Origin: an uncultured Solirubrobacterales bacterium
GTDB lineage: Bacteria; Actinomycetota; Thermoleophilia; Solirubrobacterales; 70-9
DNA length: 64,000 nucleotides
Reading direction: 5' to 3'
Assembly (NCBI GenBank): GCA_963807425.1
Contig: CAWEBZ010000002.1
Span: forward strand, 27,614-91,613
Part shown: piece by piece, positions 9,991 through 18,312 of the stretch
Layout of the letters: the number at the start of each line of letters is the position of its first letter
How positions within the stretch are numbered: position 1 is the stretch's first letter
Program-made: the position numbers and the translations under genes
The notes under the pieces: model-generated
The model's database searches: none
The model's input: the letters and a program-made list of their open reading frames with translations, nothing else
What the model was told of the DNA's origin: nothing

Positions 9991-11257
9991 CTCTGGAAGT
10001 GAGATCCTCGTAGGTCTCTCGCCGCACGACGACGCGGGCGTTCCCGTCGCGGCAGAAGACGACCGGCGGCCGCGTCACGCCGTTGTAATTGCTGGCCATC
10101 GCGTGGCCATAGGCGCCCGTGGCCGGCGTGACCAGCACGTCGCCGACGCGTGGGTCCTCGAGCCTTGCCTCCTTGATCAGGACGTCCCCCGACTCGCAGT
10201 GCATGCCGACCAGCCGGCACGGCGTCGAGTCGCCGATCCGGTCCGCGATCTCGGCTTCGTAGACGGCGTCGTAGAGCATCGGCCGAATGTTGTCCGACAT
10301 GCCACCGTCGACGGCGACGTACTTGCGCACGCCCGGCAAGTCCTTGACCGTGCCGACGGTGTAGACCGAGACGCCGGCGTTGGCGACCAGCGAGCGGCCC
10401 GGCTCACAGAGGACCTTGATCCCGGCGGGCAGACGCCCAAGCATCGCCTCGGCGTAAGCGGCCGGCGGCGGCGGGCTCTGGTCGCGGGTGTAGGCGACGG
10501 CAAAACCGCCGCCCATGTTGACGACGGGAAAGTCGCCGGCAGAACGCATCACGTCGGCGAGGGTGTCGTAGACGTCCAGCTCGAATACCTGCGAGCCGAT
10601 GTGGGCGTGCAGGCCGCGGACGTCGAGCCCGGCGGCAGCGCAACGCTCGACCGCCCGGGGGAGCTCGGCGAGCGGGATGCCGAACTTCGAATCCTCCTGG
10701 CCGGTGGCGATCTTGTGGTGAGTATCGGGGCGGATCCCCGGCGTCACCCGCAGCAGGACCCGTTGCGGGCGCCGCGACGCGACGCGCCCGAGCTTGTCGA
10801 TCTCGTCGAGCGAGTCGACGATCACGTGGCCGACGCCAGCCTCCAGCGCCTGCTCCAGCTCGGCCTCGGTCTTGTTGTTGCCGTGCATGTAGATCCGCTC
10901 GGGATCGAAACCGGCCCGCAGCGCCAGGTACAGCTCGCCACCGGAAGCGACGTCGCAGGAGAGACCCTCCTCGGCGAAGATCCGCAACGCCGCCGTGCAG
11001 GGAAACGCCTTGCTTGCGTAGACGACCTCGAAGCTATCTGTGCGATCGGCGAAGGCGGCAACCGTGGCCTGGGCGCGAGCCCGCAGGTCATCCTCCGAGT
11101 AGACGTAGGCCGGGGTGCCGAACTCTGCCGCCAGCTCGACCACGTCGCAGCCGCCGATCTCGAGGCGACCGCGCTCGTTGACGCGACTGCCAAGCGGGTA
11201 GGCCGGCGAGCCCTCGATCGGGTCAGCCACTGCGCCAGCCTGTCCGCGCTCCGCCAT
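9983..11257 (-). CDS. lysA: Diaminopimelate decarboxylase
   Basis: Motifs VYASKAF (PLP Lys) and HCESGD; 424 aa; 8-nt overlap with hom. Confidence 0.92.
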   Translation of the reverse strand: MAERGQAGAVADPIEGSPAYPLGSRVNERGRLEIGGCDVVELAAEFGTPAYVYSEDDLRARAQATVAAFADRTDSFEVVYASKAFPCTAALRIFAEEGLSCDVASGGELYLALRAGFDPERIYMHGNNKTEAELEQALEAGVGHVIVDSLDEIDKLGRVASRRPQRVLLRVTPGIRPDTHHKIATGQEDSKFGIPLAELPRAVERCAAAGLDVRGLHAHIGSQVFELDVYDTLADVMRSAGDFPVVNMGGGFAVAYTRDQSPPPPAAYAEAMLGRLPAGIKVLCEPGRSLVANAGVSVYTVGTVKDLPGVRKYVAVDGGMSDNIRPMLYDAVYEAEIADRIGDSTPCRLVGMHCESGDVLIKEARLEDPRVGDVLVTPATGAYGHAMASNYNGVTRPPVVFCRDGNARVVVRRETYEDLTSRDV

Positions 11258-11312
11258 CGGACGGCATTGTGACGGTTGAAGGGAAAGAGGGCGGCTGGCG
11301 GTGCCTGCGGTC

Positions 11313-12011
11313 TTAGCGTTTGCCGCCGAGCAGGCCGCCGACCGTTTCCACGACTTTGTCGACCGTTTTGCCGACCGGAGTGCTGGGGCCGGCGACGCCG
11401 TTGACGACTTCTTCGGTCACCTGGGTGACACCGGTTTCGCTCAGCGCTCCGCCGACGACTTTGTCGACCCCCGCGACGGTGTCGTTGACGGTCCCCGTGA
11501 CCGCGCCCGAGGTGGAGGACCCGCCGCCAGCGCCACCACCGCCGGCCGAGGAAGTTCCCGGCCCGGCGCCGCCGCCATTGCCGTTACCACCGCTGCTGCT
11601 CGCAGGATTGGAGGCGGCAGGCGAAGGAGAGTCGGCAGAGCCCGGGGTTGGACCGGGGATCGAGGCGGTCGGCGTTTCAGTCGCAGGCGGAGCGGCGGCT
11701 CCAGTGCTCGTGCCACCATCGCCCACCCGTTCGACCGGATTGCCGCCCTGCTGCGATTGCGCCTGACGATTTGCCGTCCCAGCCACTGCTCCGGCGCCCG
11801 CAGTGGCTCCACCAGCGGCCGCGGCCCCTTCCCCGCCCGCCGGCCGGCCGCTAGAGACGGCGGCGCTGTCACCGCTTCCGCCGATCCCGGCGAGCGGCCA
11901 GTCCCTCAGAGCCTGCAGCGAGACGAGCAGGACGAAGGCAACAACAGCGGCCCCAATCAGGGCTGTGCCTGAAACCGCACCTGCAAGATAGGTATGTGCT
12001 TGGCGAATCAA
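11313..12011 (-). CDS. Membrane-anchored Gly/Ala/Ser/Pro-rich hypothetical protein
   Basis: TTG start at 12011. It has one N-terminal TM helix, a long low-complexity G/A/S/P region, and a C-terminal set of short V-x-x-T/V-V-x-G repeats. Confidence 0.45.
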   Translation of the reverse strand: MIRQAHTYLAGAVSGTALIGAAVVAFVLLVSLQALRDWPLAGIGGSGDSAAVSSGRPAGGEGAAAAGGATAGAGAVAGTANRQAQSQQGGNPVERVGDGGTSTGAAAPPATETPTASIPGPTPGSADSPSPAASNPASSSGGNGNGGGAGPGTSSAGGGGAGGGSSTSGAVTGTVNDTVAGVDKVVGGALSETGVTQVTEEVVNGVAGPSTPVGKTVDKVVETVGGLLGGKR

Positions 12012-12121
12012 TCTGGGTCGCCTCGTCGCTTCCTACCCAGAGTCGCAGGACCTTACCCTCGAGACATACTGAATAATTGGATTTTCGAGAAATTTTGGGT
12101 ACGGAAGACCGGATCCGGCCC

Positions 12122-12290
12122 CTAGGAGGGACTGGCGAAACCCGAGTGCGCGGGTCAGCGAGCGCCGGACCAAGCGGGGCAAGGACGCAGGGAGCCCGAA
12201 TAGCAGCGCTATTTGGGCGACCGAGGACGTCGCACCGCGCCGTGTCCGCCGCCGCTGAACGCGTGCGGGGGTTTCGCCAGTCCCTCCTAG
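12122..12290 (+). ncRNA. Candidate structured RNA/repeat element, copy 1 (shares its core with 37064-37162)
   Basis: Closed by exact 22-bp arms (12122-12143/12269-12290). Core blocks AAGGACGCAGGGAGC (12181-12195) and GCGACCGAGGACG (12217-12229) are identical to copy 2. Between them is a hairpin of variable sequence, and the flanking 7-bp helix covaries. Strand was chosen because the G.U and G.A pairs only work on the plus strand. Confidence 0.3.
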
Positions 12291-13478
12291 CTACAGGTAC
12301 CCGAGCGGATCGGTCGGCGCGCCGCTGATCCTCACCTCGAAATGGAGGTGATCGCCATAGCAGTGGCCGGTGCAGCCGACATAGCCGATCACGTCGCCTT
12401 GCGAGACGCTCTGCCCGGAGGCAGCGGCAAAGGAGGACTGATGGGCGTAACAGGTCTGCAGGCCGCCGCCGTGGTCGAGGCAGGTGAAGTTGCCATAGCC
12501 ACCGCTTTCCGCTTCGGACTGCAGCAGCACGACCGAGCCCGAGGCAGCGGCACGGATCGGGGTGCCGGCCGGAACCGCGATGTCGATCCCCTCGTGCATG
12601 CGACCCCATCGCATCCCATAGGTCGAAACGACCGCGCCATCGACCGGCCAGATCAGCTGTCCTGAGCCGTAGCGAATCGGTCCCGCCGGTAGGGGTGCCG
12701 AGGCCGTACCGCCGAGCGTCGCCGCGAGTTCAGCCTGGATCTCGGCAACGTCGCCGTCGAGGTCCTCTTCGGTCTCGCGAATCTTTGCCAGCGCGGCGAC
12801 ACGCTCTCCGCGCACCGAGACCAGGGCCGACTGGCGTTGCTCCACCGCAGCCCGAGCGTTCGACAGCGCCTGCTCTTCGGCCGCGATAGCGTCGCGCGCC
12901 GCCTCGATCTGGTTCTTCGCGGTGCGCAGTCGCGAGACCGTTTCCTTGACCTGATCGCGCAGTTCCCTCACCCGGCCGACGATCGCCTCGTCCATGCCAT
13001 GGATCCGGTTCAGGTACTCCGCCTGGTCGACGAGGTCGTCATATCCCTCGGCGCTGACTAGGACGCTGAGCACATCGGGGGTGCCGGTCTCGTAGATCGC
13101 GACTAGACGCTCGCGCAGCGCAATCAAAGCCCGCTTCAGGTGCGCTCTCATCACCGCGAGGCGTTTCTTCGCGACGTCGAGCTCGGCGACGGCCCGGTCG
13201 AGTTCCGCCTGCTTGGCGTTGAGGCGGACGCGGACCGCAGCCTCGCGGTTGCGCAGCGCCGCGACCTCAGCCGTGAGCCGGTCGATGCGATCGCCGTAGC
13301 GGGAGATCGTCGTCGTCAGCACGCCCGAGCGTTCGCGCACCTTGGAGAGCTTCGCCTCCTTGGCGTCGAGCTGCGATTCGAGATCCTGGGCTGGCGCCGC
13401 CGTGCTCGCTGCGAGTAGCACGATCAGCGCCGCCACGGCGGCAAGCAGAGCCGCCAGGGCAAGGCGAGTCTTGAGCAT
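12291..13478 (-). CDS. M23/LytM-family peptidoglycan endopeptidase with N-terminal coiled coil
   Basis: Signal/anchor sequence, about 230 aa of heptad-like coiled coil, and C-terminal motifs HEGIDIA and HLHFEV. Confidence 0.85.
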   Translation of the reverse strand: MLKTRLALAALLAAVAALIVLLAASTAAPAQDLESQLDAKEAKLSKVRERSGVLTTTISRYGDRIDRLTAEVAALRNREAAVRVRLNAKQAELDRAVAELDVAKKRLAVMRAHLKRALIALRERLVAIYETGTPDVLSVLVSAEGYDDLVDQAEYLNRIHGMDEAIVGRVRELRDQVKETVSRLRTAKNQIEAARDAIAAEEQALSNARAAVEQRQSALVSVRGERVAALAKIRETEEDLDGDVAEIQAELAATLGGTASAPLPAGPIRYGSGQLIWPVDGAVVSTYGMRWGRMHEGIDIAVPAGTPIRAAASGSVVLLQSEAESGGYGNFTCLDHGGGLQTCYAHQSSFAAASGQSVSQGDVIGYVGCTGHCYGDHLHFEVRISGAPTDPLGYL

Positions 13479-13547
13479 CGTTAGCGAGGCTAGCTGAGTC
13501 GAGATTCCGCTCAGTGCAGGGGATTAATCCTGCAACCTGGCTTGCGA

Positions 13548-14468
13548 TCAGGCTTCGCGAGGAGCGTTTTCGACCCGCAGCAGCGCCTCGTCGGCCTGCT
13601 CCTCCATCTGCAGGGTCGTGTGGTCGATCTCGAAACGCTCGTGCAGCATCACCTCGAGCCGGCGCCGGATCAGGTCCCGATCGTGGTCCAGCGAGACGAC
13701 GACGTGGGCCGCAAGCGCACCGAAGCCGGCGGTCACGGTCCAGACGTGGAGGTCATGCACCGAGCGCACTCCCTCCTCCGCGCAGATCGAAGCACCGACC
13801 GCGTCGACGTCGAAGCCGGCCGGCGCCGCCTCCATCAAGACGTCGACCGGTTCCTTGATCAGCCTCCATGAGGAAGCAAGGATCAGGGCCGCGATCGCGA
13901 GGCTGACGATCGGGTCGACGATCGACGAGCCGCCCGCCAAGACGAAAGCGCCGGCGAGGACGACTCCGAGCGAGCCGAGGGCATCGGCAACGCTATGGCG
14001 GAGCACCCCCTCGAGGTTGATGTCCTCACGCTCTCCCCGGGCAAGGACCAACGTCGCGGCGATGTTTCCGAGCAGGCCGAAGAGACCGAGTGCAAGCACC
14101 CCGGCGCCGTCGATCTCGGGCGGGTCGCCAAGGCGACCGAGAGCAGCGACCGCGATCGCAATCGAGATCGCCACCAGCGTCAGCCCGTTGACCAGTGCCG
14201 CCAGCACCTCCGAGCGCTGGTAACCGAAGGTGCGCCGTCCGCCGGCGGGACGGGCTGCTAGGCCCGCTGCCAACAGCGCCAGAACCACCGAGCCGGAATC
14301 GGAGAGCAGGTGGCCGGCGTCGGCAAGCAGCGCCAGGGAGCCAGTGACCACCCCGCCCACCGCCTCAACGACCAGCATCGCGACGTTGATCGCCAAAGCG
14401 ATCCACATCCGCCGCCGACTGTCCTCCCGCCGCGCGTCGAGAGCGTGCGAGTGAGTGTGCGAGTGCAC
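13548..14468 (-). CDS. Cation diffusion facilitator (CzcD/ZitB-like) metal efflux transporter
   Basis: GTG start. His-rich N-terminus HSHTHSH, six TM segments and a C-terminal cytoplasmic domain typical of CDF transporters. Confidence 0.88.
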   Translation of the reverse strand: MHSHTHSHALDARREDSRRRMWIALAINVAMLVVEAVGGVVTGSLALLADAGHLLSDSGSVVLALLAAGLAARPAGGRRTFGYQRSEVLAALVNGLTLVAISIAIAVAALGRLGDPPEIDGAGVLALGLFGLLGNIAATLVLARGEREDINLEGVLRHSVADALGSLGVVLAGAFVLAGGSSIVDPIVSLAIAALILASSWRLIKEPVDVLMEAAPAGFDVDAVGASICAEEGVRSVHDLHVWTVTAGFGALAAHVVVSLDHDRDLIRRRLEVMLHERFEIDHTTLQMEEQADEALLRVENAPREA

Positions 14469-14482
14469 GCTCGGAGCTTAAA

Positions 14483-14548
14483 GAGCCGTCGGGGGTCTCT
14501 TCTCAGGAACTCCCGCGAAGCGGCCTGAGAAGAGACCCCCGACGGCTC
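14483..14548 (-). terminator. Intrinsic-terminator-like hairpin after the acyl-CoA dehydrogenase gene
   Basis: Perfect 25-bp stem (14483-14507/14524-14548) with a 16-nt loop, 6 nt after the TAA stop at 14555. It is followed on the minus strand by UUUAAG. Confidence 0.6.
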
Positions 14549-14554
14549 GCCGCC

Positions 14555-15829
14555 TTATGCGGGAACTGGCTCTTTCTCCGCCGGCTTCTCCGCAATCGCC
14601 TGCTCGGCGACTTCGGCGGCGTAGCCGAGGCGCTCGGCGTACTCGCGTGCCTGCATCCGCGAGATCACCATGCGCTGGATCTCCGCCGTGCCCTCGAACA
14701 GCTGGTAGATCTTGGCGTCGCGGAACCACTTCTCCAGCGGGCAATCGCTGCTCCAGGCGTAGGGACCGACGAGGTCCATCAGCGTTGTCGTCGCCCACAT
14801 CGTCACGTCGCCGCCCTTGAGCTTCGACATCGAGCCCTGACCGCCGGTCATCGGGATGCCGTTGCGACCCATCCAGGCGGCACGCTGGACCAGCAGCCGC
14901 GCCGCCTCGATCTCGGTGGCGACATCGGCGAGGACCTGCTGGATGCGCTGCTCCTGGAGGACTGGCTTGCCGCCTTCGGTCTGCCCGTCGAGGTACTCGA
15001 GGGTCCACTCGTAGGCCGCCTGGGCGATGCCTAGGGCCGAGGCGCCGACCAGCGGCCGGGTCATCTCGAAGGTCGCCAGAGCGTCGGCGCCGCGCGACTT
15101 CTTTCCTTCGCGGCCCCGCTGCAGCTTGCGCTCCAGCTTCTCCTCGCCGCCCAGCAGGTTCTCAGCCGGGATGCGGCAGTCGTCGAGCACGATCTCGGCG
15201 GTGTGGGAGGCGCGGATGCCGAGCTTCGACTCCTTCTTGCCCTGGCTCAGGCCCGGCGTGTCCTTGCCGACGACGAAGGAGGCCTGGCCGCGCGTGCCGA
15301 GCGCCGGATCGACGGTGGCGACGACGACGTGAACGTCGGCGATGCCGCCGTTGGTGATGAAGACCTTGGTCCCGTTGAGGACCCACTCATCGCCGTCGCG
15401 CTTGGCCGTCGTCTTCAAGCTCTTCACGTCGGAGCCCGCCTGTGGCTCGGTGACGGCATAGGCGCCGAGCTTGATCTCCTCGCCGATGCCGAAGCACTCG
15501 GGGACCCACTGTCCAATCTGCTCCGGCGTGCCAGAGGAGGCGATACCGGCCGCGGCGAGCCCGGAGCCGGAGACCGCCAGGGCGATCCCCGCGCAACCCC
15601 AGTGGAACTCTTCGGCGGAGATCACCTGCAGCTGTCCCTCAGAGTCGCCGGCCGAGCGCTGAATCGCCTCGAGGCCTCCAAACCCCTGCTTGCGGGCCTC
15701 TTTGATGACCTCCCAGGGGATGCTCTCCTCTTCGTCGTGCTTGCGGGCGGCTGGCCGGATCACCTCGCGGGCGAAGGTCCGGCAGCGCTGCTTGAAGTCC
15801 AGCTGCTCCTCGTTTAGTGCGAAATCCAT
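14555..15829 (-). CDS. Acyl-CoA dehydrogenase
   Basis: 424 aa with an ACAD fold. The catalytic-Glu motif is YQLFEGTAEIQR. Confidence 0.9.
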   Translation of the reverse strand: MDFALNEEQLDFKQRCRTFAREVIRPAARKHDEEESIPWEVIKEARKQGFGGLEAIQRSAGDSEGQLQVISAEEFHWGCAGIALAVSGSGLAAAGIASSGTPEQIGQWVPECFGIGEEIKLGAYAVTEPQAGSDVKSLKTTAKRDGDEWVLNGTKVFITNGGIADVHVVVATVDPALGTRGQASFVVGKDTPGLSQGKKESKLGIRASHTAEIVLDDCRIPAENLLGGEEKLERKLQRGREGKKSRGADALATFEMTRPLVGASALGIAQAAYEWTLEYLDGQTEGGKPVLQEQRIQQVLADVATEIEAARLLVQRAAWMGRNGIPMTGGQGSMSKLKGGDVTMWATTTLMDLVGPYAWSSDCPLEKWFRDAKIYQLFEGTAEIQRMVISRMQAREYAERLGYAAEVAEQAIAEKPAEKEPVPA

Positions 15830-15865
15830 TTGATCCCCTCTTGGCTCGGCGGCGACACTGGTTGA

Positions 15866-15881
15866 TTGACTGGTCAGTCAA
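15866..15881. promoter_or_regulatory. Palindromic operator-like site TTGACTGGTCAGTCAA (site 1)
   Basis: 7-bp inverted arms with a 2-nt centre, in the divergent region between the ACAD gene (ATG 15829) and the gene starting at 15941. The 21-mer GATTGACTGGTCAGTCAACCA (15864-15884) is identical to 25270-25290. Confidence 0.5.
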
Positions 15882-15897
15882 CCAGTCTTCACAAAGA

Positions 15898-15913
15898 TTA
15901 ACTGACCAGCCAG
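15898..15913. promoter_or_regulatory. Degenerate second copy of the operator-like site
   Basis: TTAACTGACCAGCCAG matches the reverse complement of site 1 at 13/16 positions and lies 17 nt downstream of it. Confidence 0.3.
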
Positions 15914-15940
15914 CCAGTCCCCACATGTAGCGTTCGGCCC

Positions 15941-17326
15941 GTGGCGAGGAAGCAGCCGATCAACGCAGACGTGGAGGCACCCGCGGCGCCGAGTGGGGGG
16001 GCCTCTCAATCCACACCGGCAAAGTCACCACCGAAGCCGGCGGAGTCGTCCGCCACAGAGTCCAAGCCTCCCAAGACCTCGGCGCCCAAGGCGCCGAAGC
16101 GGGGGCGCAAACCGATCCCAGCGGCGCTGAAGGCGATCGGCGGGCTCGTCGCCGTCGCAGTCGTTTTCCTCGTCGCAGCGGTGATTGGCGGCAGCGGCTC
16201 GCAGGAGGGTGGCTCGGGAAAGCCGGCACCCGCGCCACAGCCGGTCAGGAGCGAGCCGGCGGAGACTCCTTCCTCGCAGACCGCTGAGCAGCTCGGCTAT
16301 CCGGCCTTCGCCACCAACAACACAACCCGCGTCGGCGGCTCAGACCCCGCTGCCAACGCGGCGGGGGTCGCGATGTCGGTCTTCCCCTCCGCCACGGCCG
16401 CCCAGCGCCCGGCCGCTGTCGCCCTCGTCGACGAGGGCGACTGGCACGGGGCGCTCGCCGCCTCGGTGCTGATGGCGGCGCCCGTGGGGGCGCCGCTCCT
16501 GATCTCGAGCGGGGGCGAGCTGCCCGAACCAACCTCGCAAGCTCTCGAGGCCCTCGATCCCCAGGGCGGCAAAGACACCCGCGGAGCCCAGGCTTTTGCG
16601 ATCGGCGACGCGGCCACATCAGACGGACTCGAAGCGACGACGATCAAAGCGGGCAAGCCTGCCGCGGTCGCCGCTTCGATCGCGGGCCTGCGAAGCAAGC
16701 TGGCCAGCGGTCCCCCCGAGCACTTCGTCGTCGCCCCCGAAGCCCAGGCGGCGTTTGCGATGCCGGCCGCTGCCTGGGCGGCCCGATCCGGCGACCCGGT
16801 GCTCTTCACCGCTACCGACCGCCTCCCCGCAGCGACGGCGGCTGCCCTGAGACGGCATCCGCGAACGCCGGTCTACGTACTCGGCCCCTCTTCGGCGATC
16901 TCCTCCGACGTCGTGCGGGAAATCGCCAAGACCAGCAACCGGGTGCGGCGCGTCTCCGGGGAGGACCCCGTGAGCAACGCGATCGCGCTCGCCCGCTATG
17001 CCGACGGAAGCTTCGGCTGGAACGTCAACGATCCTGGCCATGGGTTCGTCGTCGTCCGCAGCGACGCCCCGCTCGACGCTGCCGCGGCCGCGCCGCTGTC
17101 CGCGTCGGGCACCTGGGGCCCGCTCCTGCTCACCGATAACGCCGCTACGCTTCCGGACGCGCTGCGCGGATACCTGCTCGACGTAAAGCCGGGATACACC
17201 ACAGATCCGACCCGCGCCTTCTACAACCACGTGTGGGTGATCGGAGACCAGGAGGCCATCGACGTGAACCAGCAGGCAGAGATCAACGAGTTGGCCGAAC
17301 TGACAAAGATCGGAACCTCACCGTGA
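15941..17326 (+). CDS. Membrane-anchored protein with three putative cell-wall-binding-repeat-2-like modules
   Basis: GTG start. It has a Lys/Pro-rich N-terminus and one TM helix. Three modules follow, each with a pattern like (R)VxGxD(P)...A..., small-residue-rich strands, then APLL/PVLF/PLLL. The family assignment is from memory. Confidence 0.55.
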   Translation: MARKQPINADVEAPAAPSGGASQSTPAKSPPKPAESSATESKPPKTSAPKAPKRGRKPIPAALKAIGGLVAVAVVFLVAAVIGGSGSQEGGSGKPAPAPQPVRSEPAETPSSQTAEQLGYPAFATNNTTRVGGSDPAANAAGVAMSVFPSATAAQRPAAVALVDEGDWHGALAASVLMAAPVGAPLLISSGGELPEPTSQALEALDPQGGKDTRGAQAFAIGDAATSDGLEATTIKAGKPAAVAASIAGLRSKLASGPPEHFVVAPEAQAAFAMPAAAWAARSGDPVLFTATDRLPAATAAALRRHPRTPVYVLGPSSAISSDVVREIAKTSNRVRRVSGEDPVSNAIALARYADGSFGWNVNDPGHGFVVVRSDAPLDAAAAAPLSASGTWGPLLLTDNAATLPDALRGYLLDVKPGYTTDPTRAFYNHVWVIGDQEAIDVNQQAEINELAELTKIGTSP

Positions 17327-17571
17327 GCGAGGCCGAGAGTCCCGAGCTGCTGAGCAGCTCCCATGAGGTCACGGCCGAGGACGTTCGCGCTCTCGCCGGC
17401 GCCTCCACCCCCCACTTTGCGCTTCAGGTCCGCAACCGGATCCGCCGCCTGATCGAGCCACTGCCGGCCGACCACCCGGCGAGGATCGAAGGCGAGCGCA
17501 AGATCGCCGAGCTCGAGGAGCTGGCAGAGCACAGCGGCGACCCGCGCGGCACCCTCGGAATCGGACACTGA
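17323..17571 (+). CDS. Small hypothetical protein (82 aa)
   Basis: GTG at 17323 overlaps the upstream stop (GTGA). Its own stop overlaps the next ATG (ATGA at 17568-17571), which suggests translational coupling. Confidence 0.4.
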   Translation: MSEAESPELLSSSHEVTAEDVRALAGASTPHFALQVRNRIRRLIEPLPADHPARIEGERKIAELEELAEHSGDPRGTLGIGH

Positions 17572-18239
17572 TGAAGCAGCTGGCACCGGGTGTGTGGCGC
17601 CTCAAGGAGATCCCCTATCCCTCAATCAACGTCTACCTCGCCGAGGACGTGCTGATCGACGCCGGCCGCCGCTGGGACCGCGGTCGCATCTTCAGCGAGA
17701 TCGAGGGTCGCGAGATCTCGCTGCTGGCATTGACCCATGCCCACCCCGACCACCAGGGCGTCGCCAAGGACGTCTGCGAAGCACGTGAGATCCCGCTTGC
17801 CTGCCACGCCGACGACGTCGAGGCGATGGAAGGCAAGCGGCCGATGCAGGAGGCCGCCGCCGGCAATCCCGTCAACCGGGTGATCCGCAAGATCTGGCAG
17901 GGACCTCCGTACAAAGTCGACCGCATCCTCAACGAAGGAGCCGAGGTCGCCGGCTTTCGCGTCGTCCATGCACCCGGGCACGCTCGCGGCGAGGTGATCT
18001 TCTTCCGCGACTCCGACCGGGTGGCGATATGCGGCGACGTGATCCGCAACATGAGTTACGCGACCGCACTGCCCGGGATCAAGGAGCCGCCGAAGATCTT
18101 CACCTATGACCCCGCCGAGAACCGCCGTTCGATCCGCAAGCTCGCCGATCTCGAACCCTCTTTGATCCTGCCCGGCCACGGCCCCGCCGTTACCGACACA
18201 GCCGAGTTCAAGCGCTTCGTCGCAACCCTGCCGAGCTAG
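17571..18239 (+). CDS. MBL-fold metallo-hydrolase
   Basis: HxHxDH motif THAHPDHQG, later HAPGH and PGHG motifs, 222 aa. Confidence 0.85.
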   Translation: MKQLAPGVWRLKEIPYPSINVYLAEDVLIDAGRRWDRGRIFSEIEGREISLLALTHAHPDHQGVAKDVCEAREIPLACHADDVEAMEGKRPMQEAAAGNPVNRVIRKIWQGPPYKVDRILNEGAEVAGFRVVHAPGHARGEVIFFRDSDRVAICGDVIRNMSYATALPGIKEPPKIFTYDPAENRRSIRKLADLEPSLILPGHGPAVTDTAEFKRFVATLPS

Positions 18240-18312
18240 ACGCAGAGACGAGGTTAGGCGCTCGCCTGATCTGGGTATGGCTCCAGCACGCTGCAAGTGC
18301 GAAGGGAGTCTT

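Noticed and set aside
12122-12143. Possible ZTP (pfl) riboswitch, because of GACTGGCGAAA in the left arm of the 12122-12290 element
   Set aside because: The partner arm is a simple perfect complement (CGCCAGTCCC) rather than the CCGCCTGGGCA pseudoknot segment, and the other pfl sub-domain features are absent.
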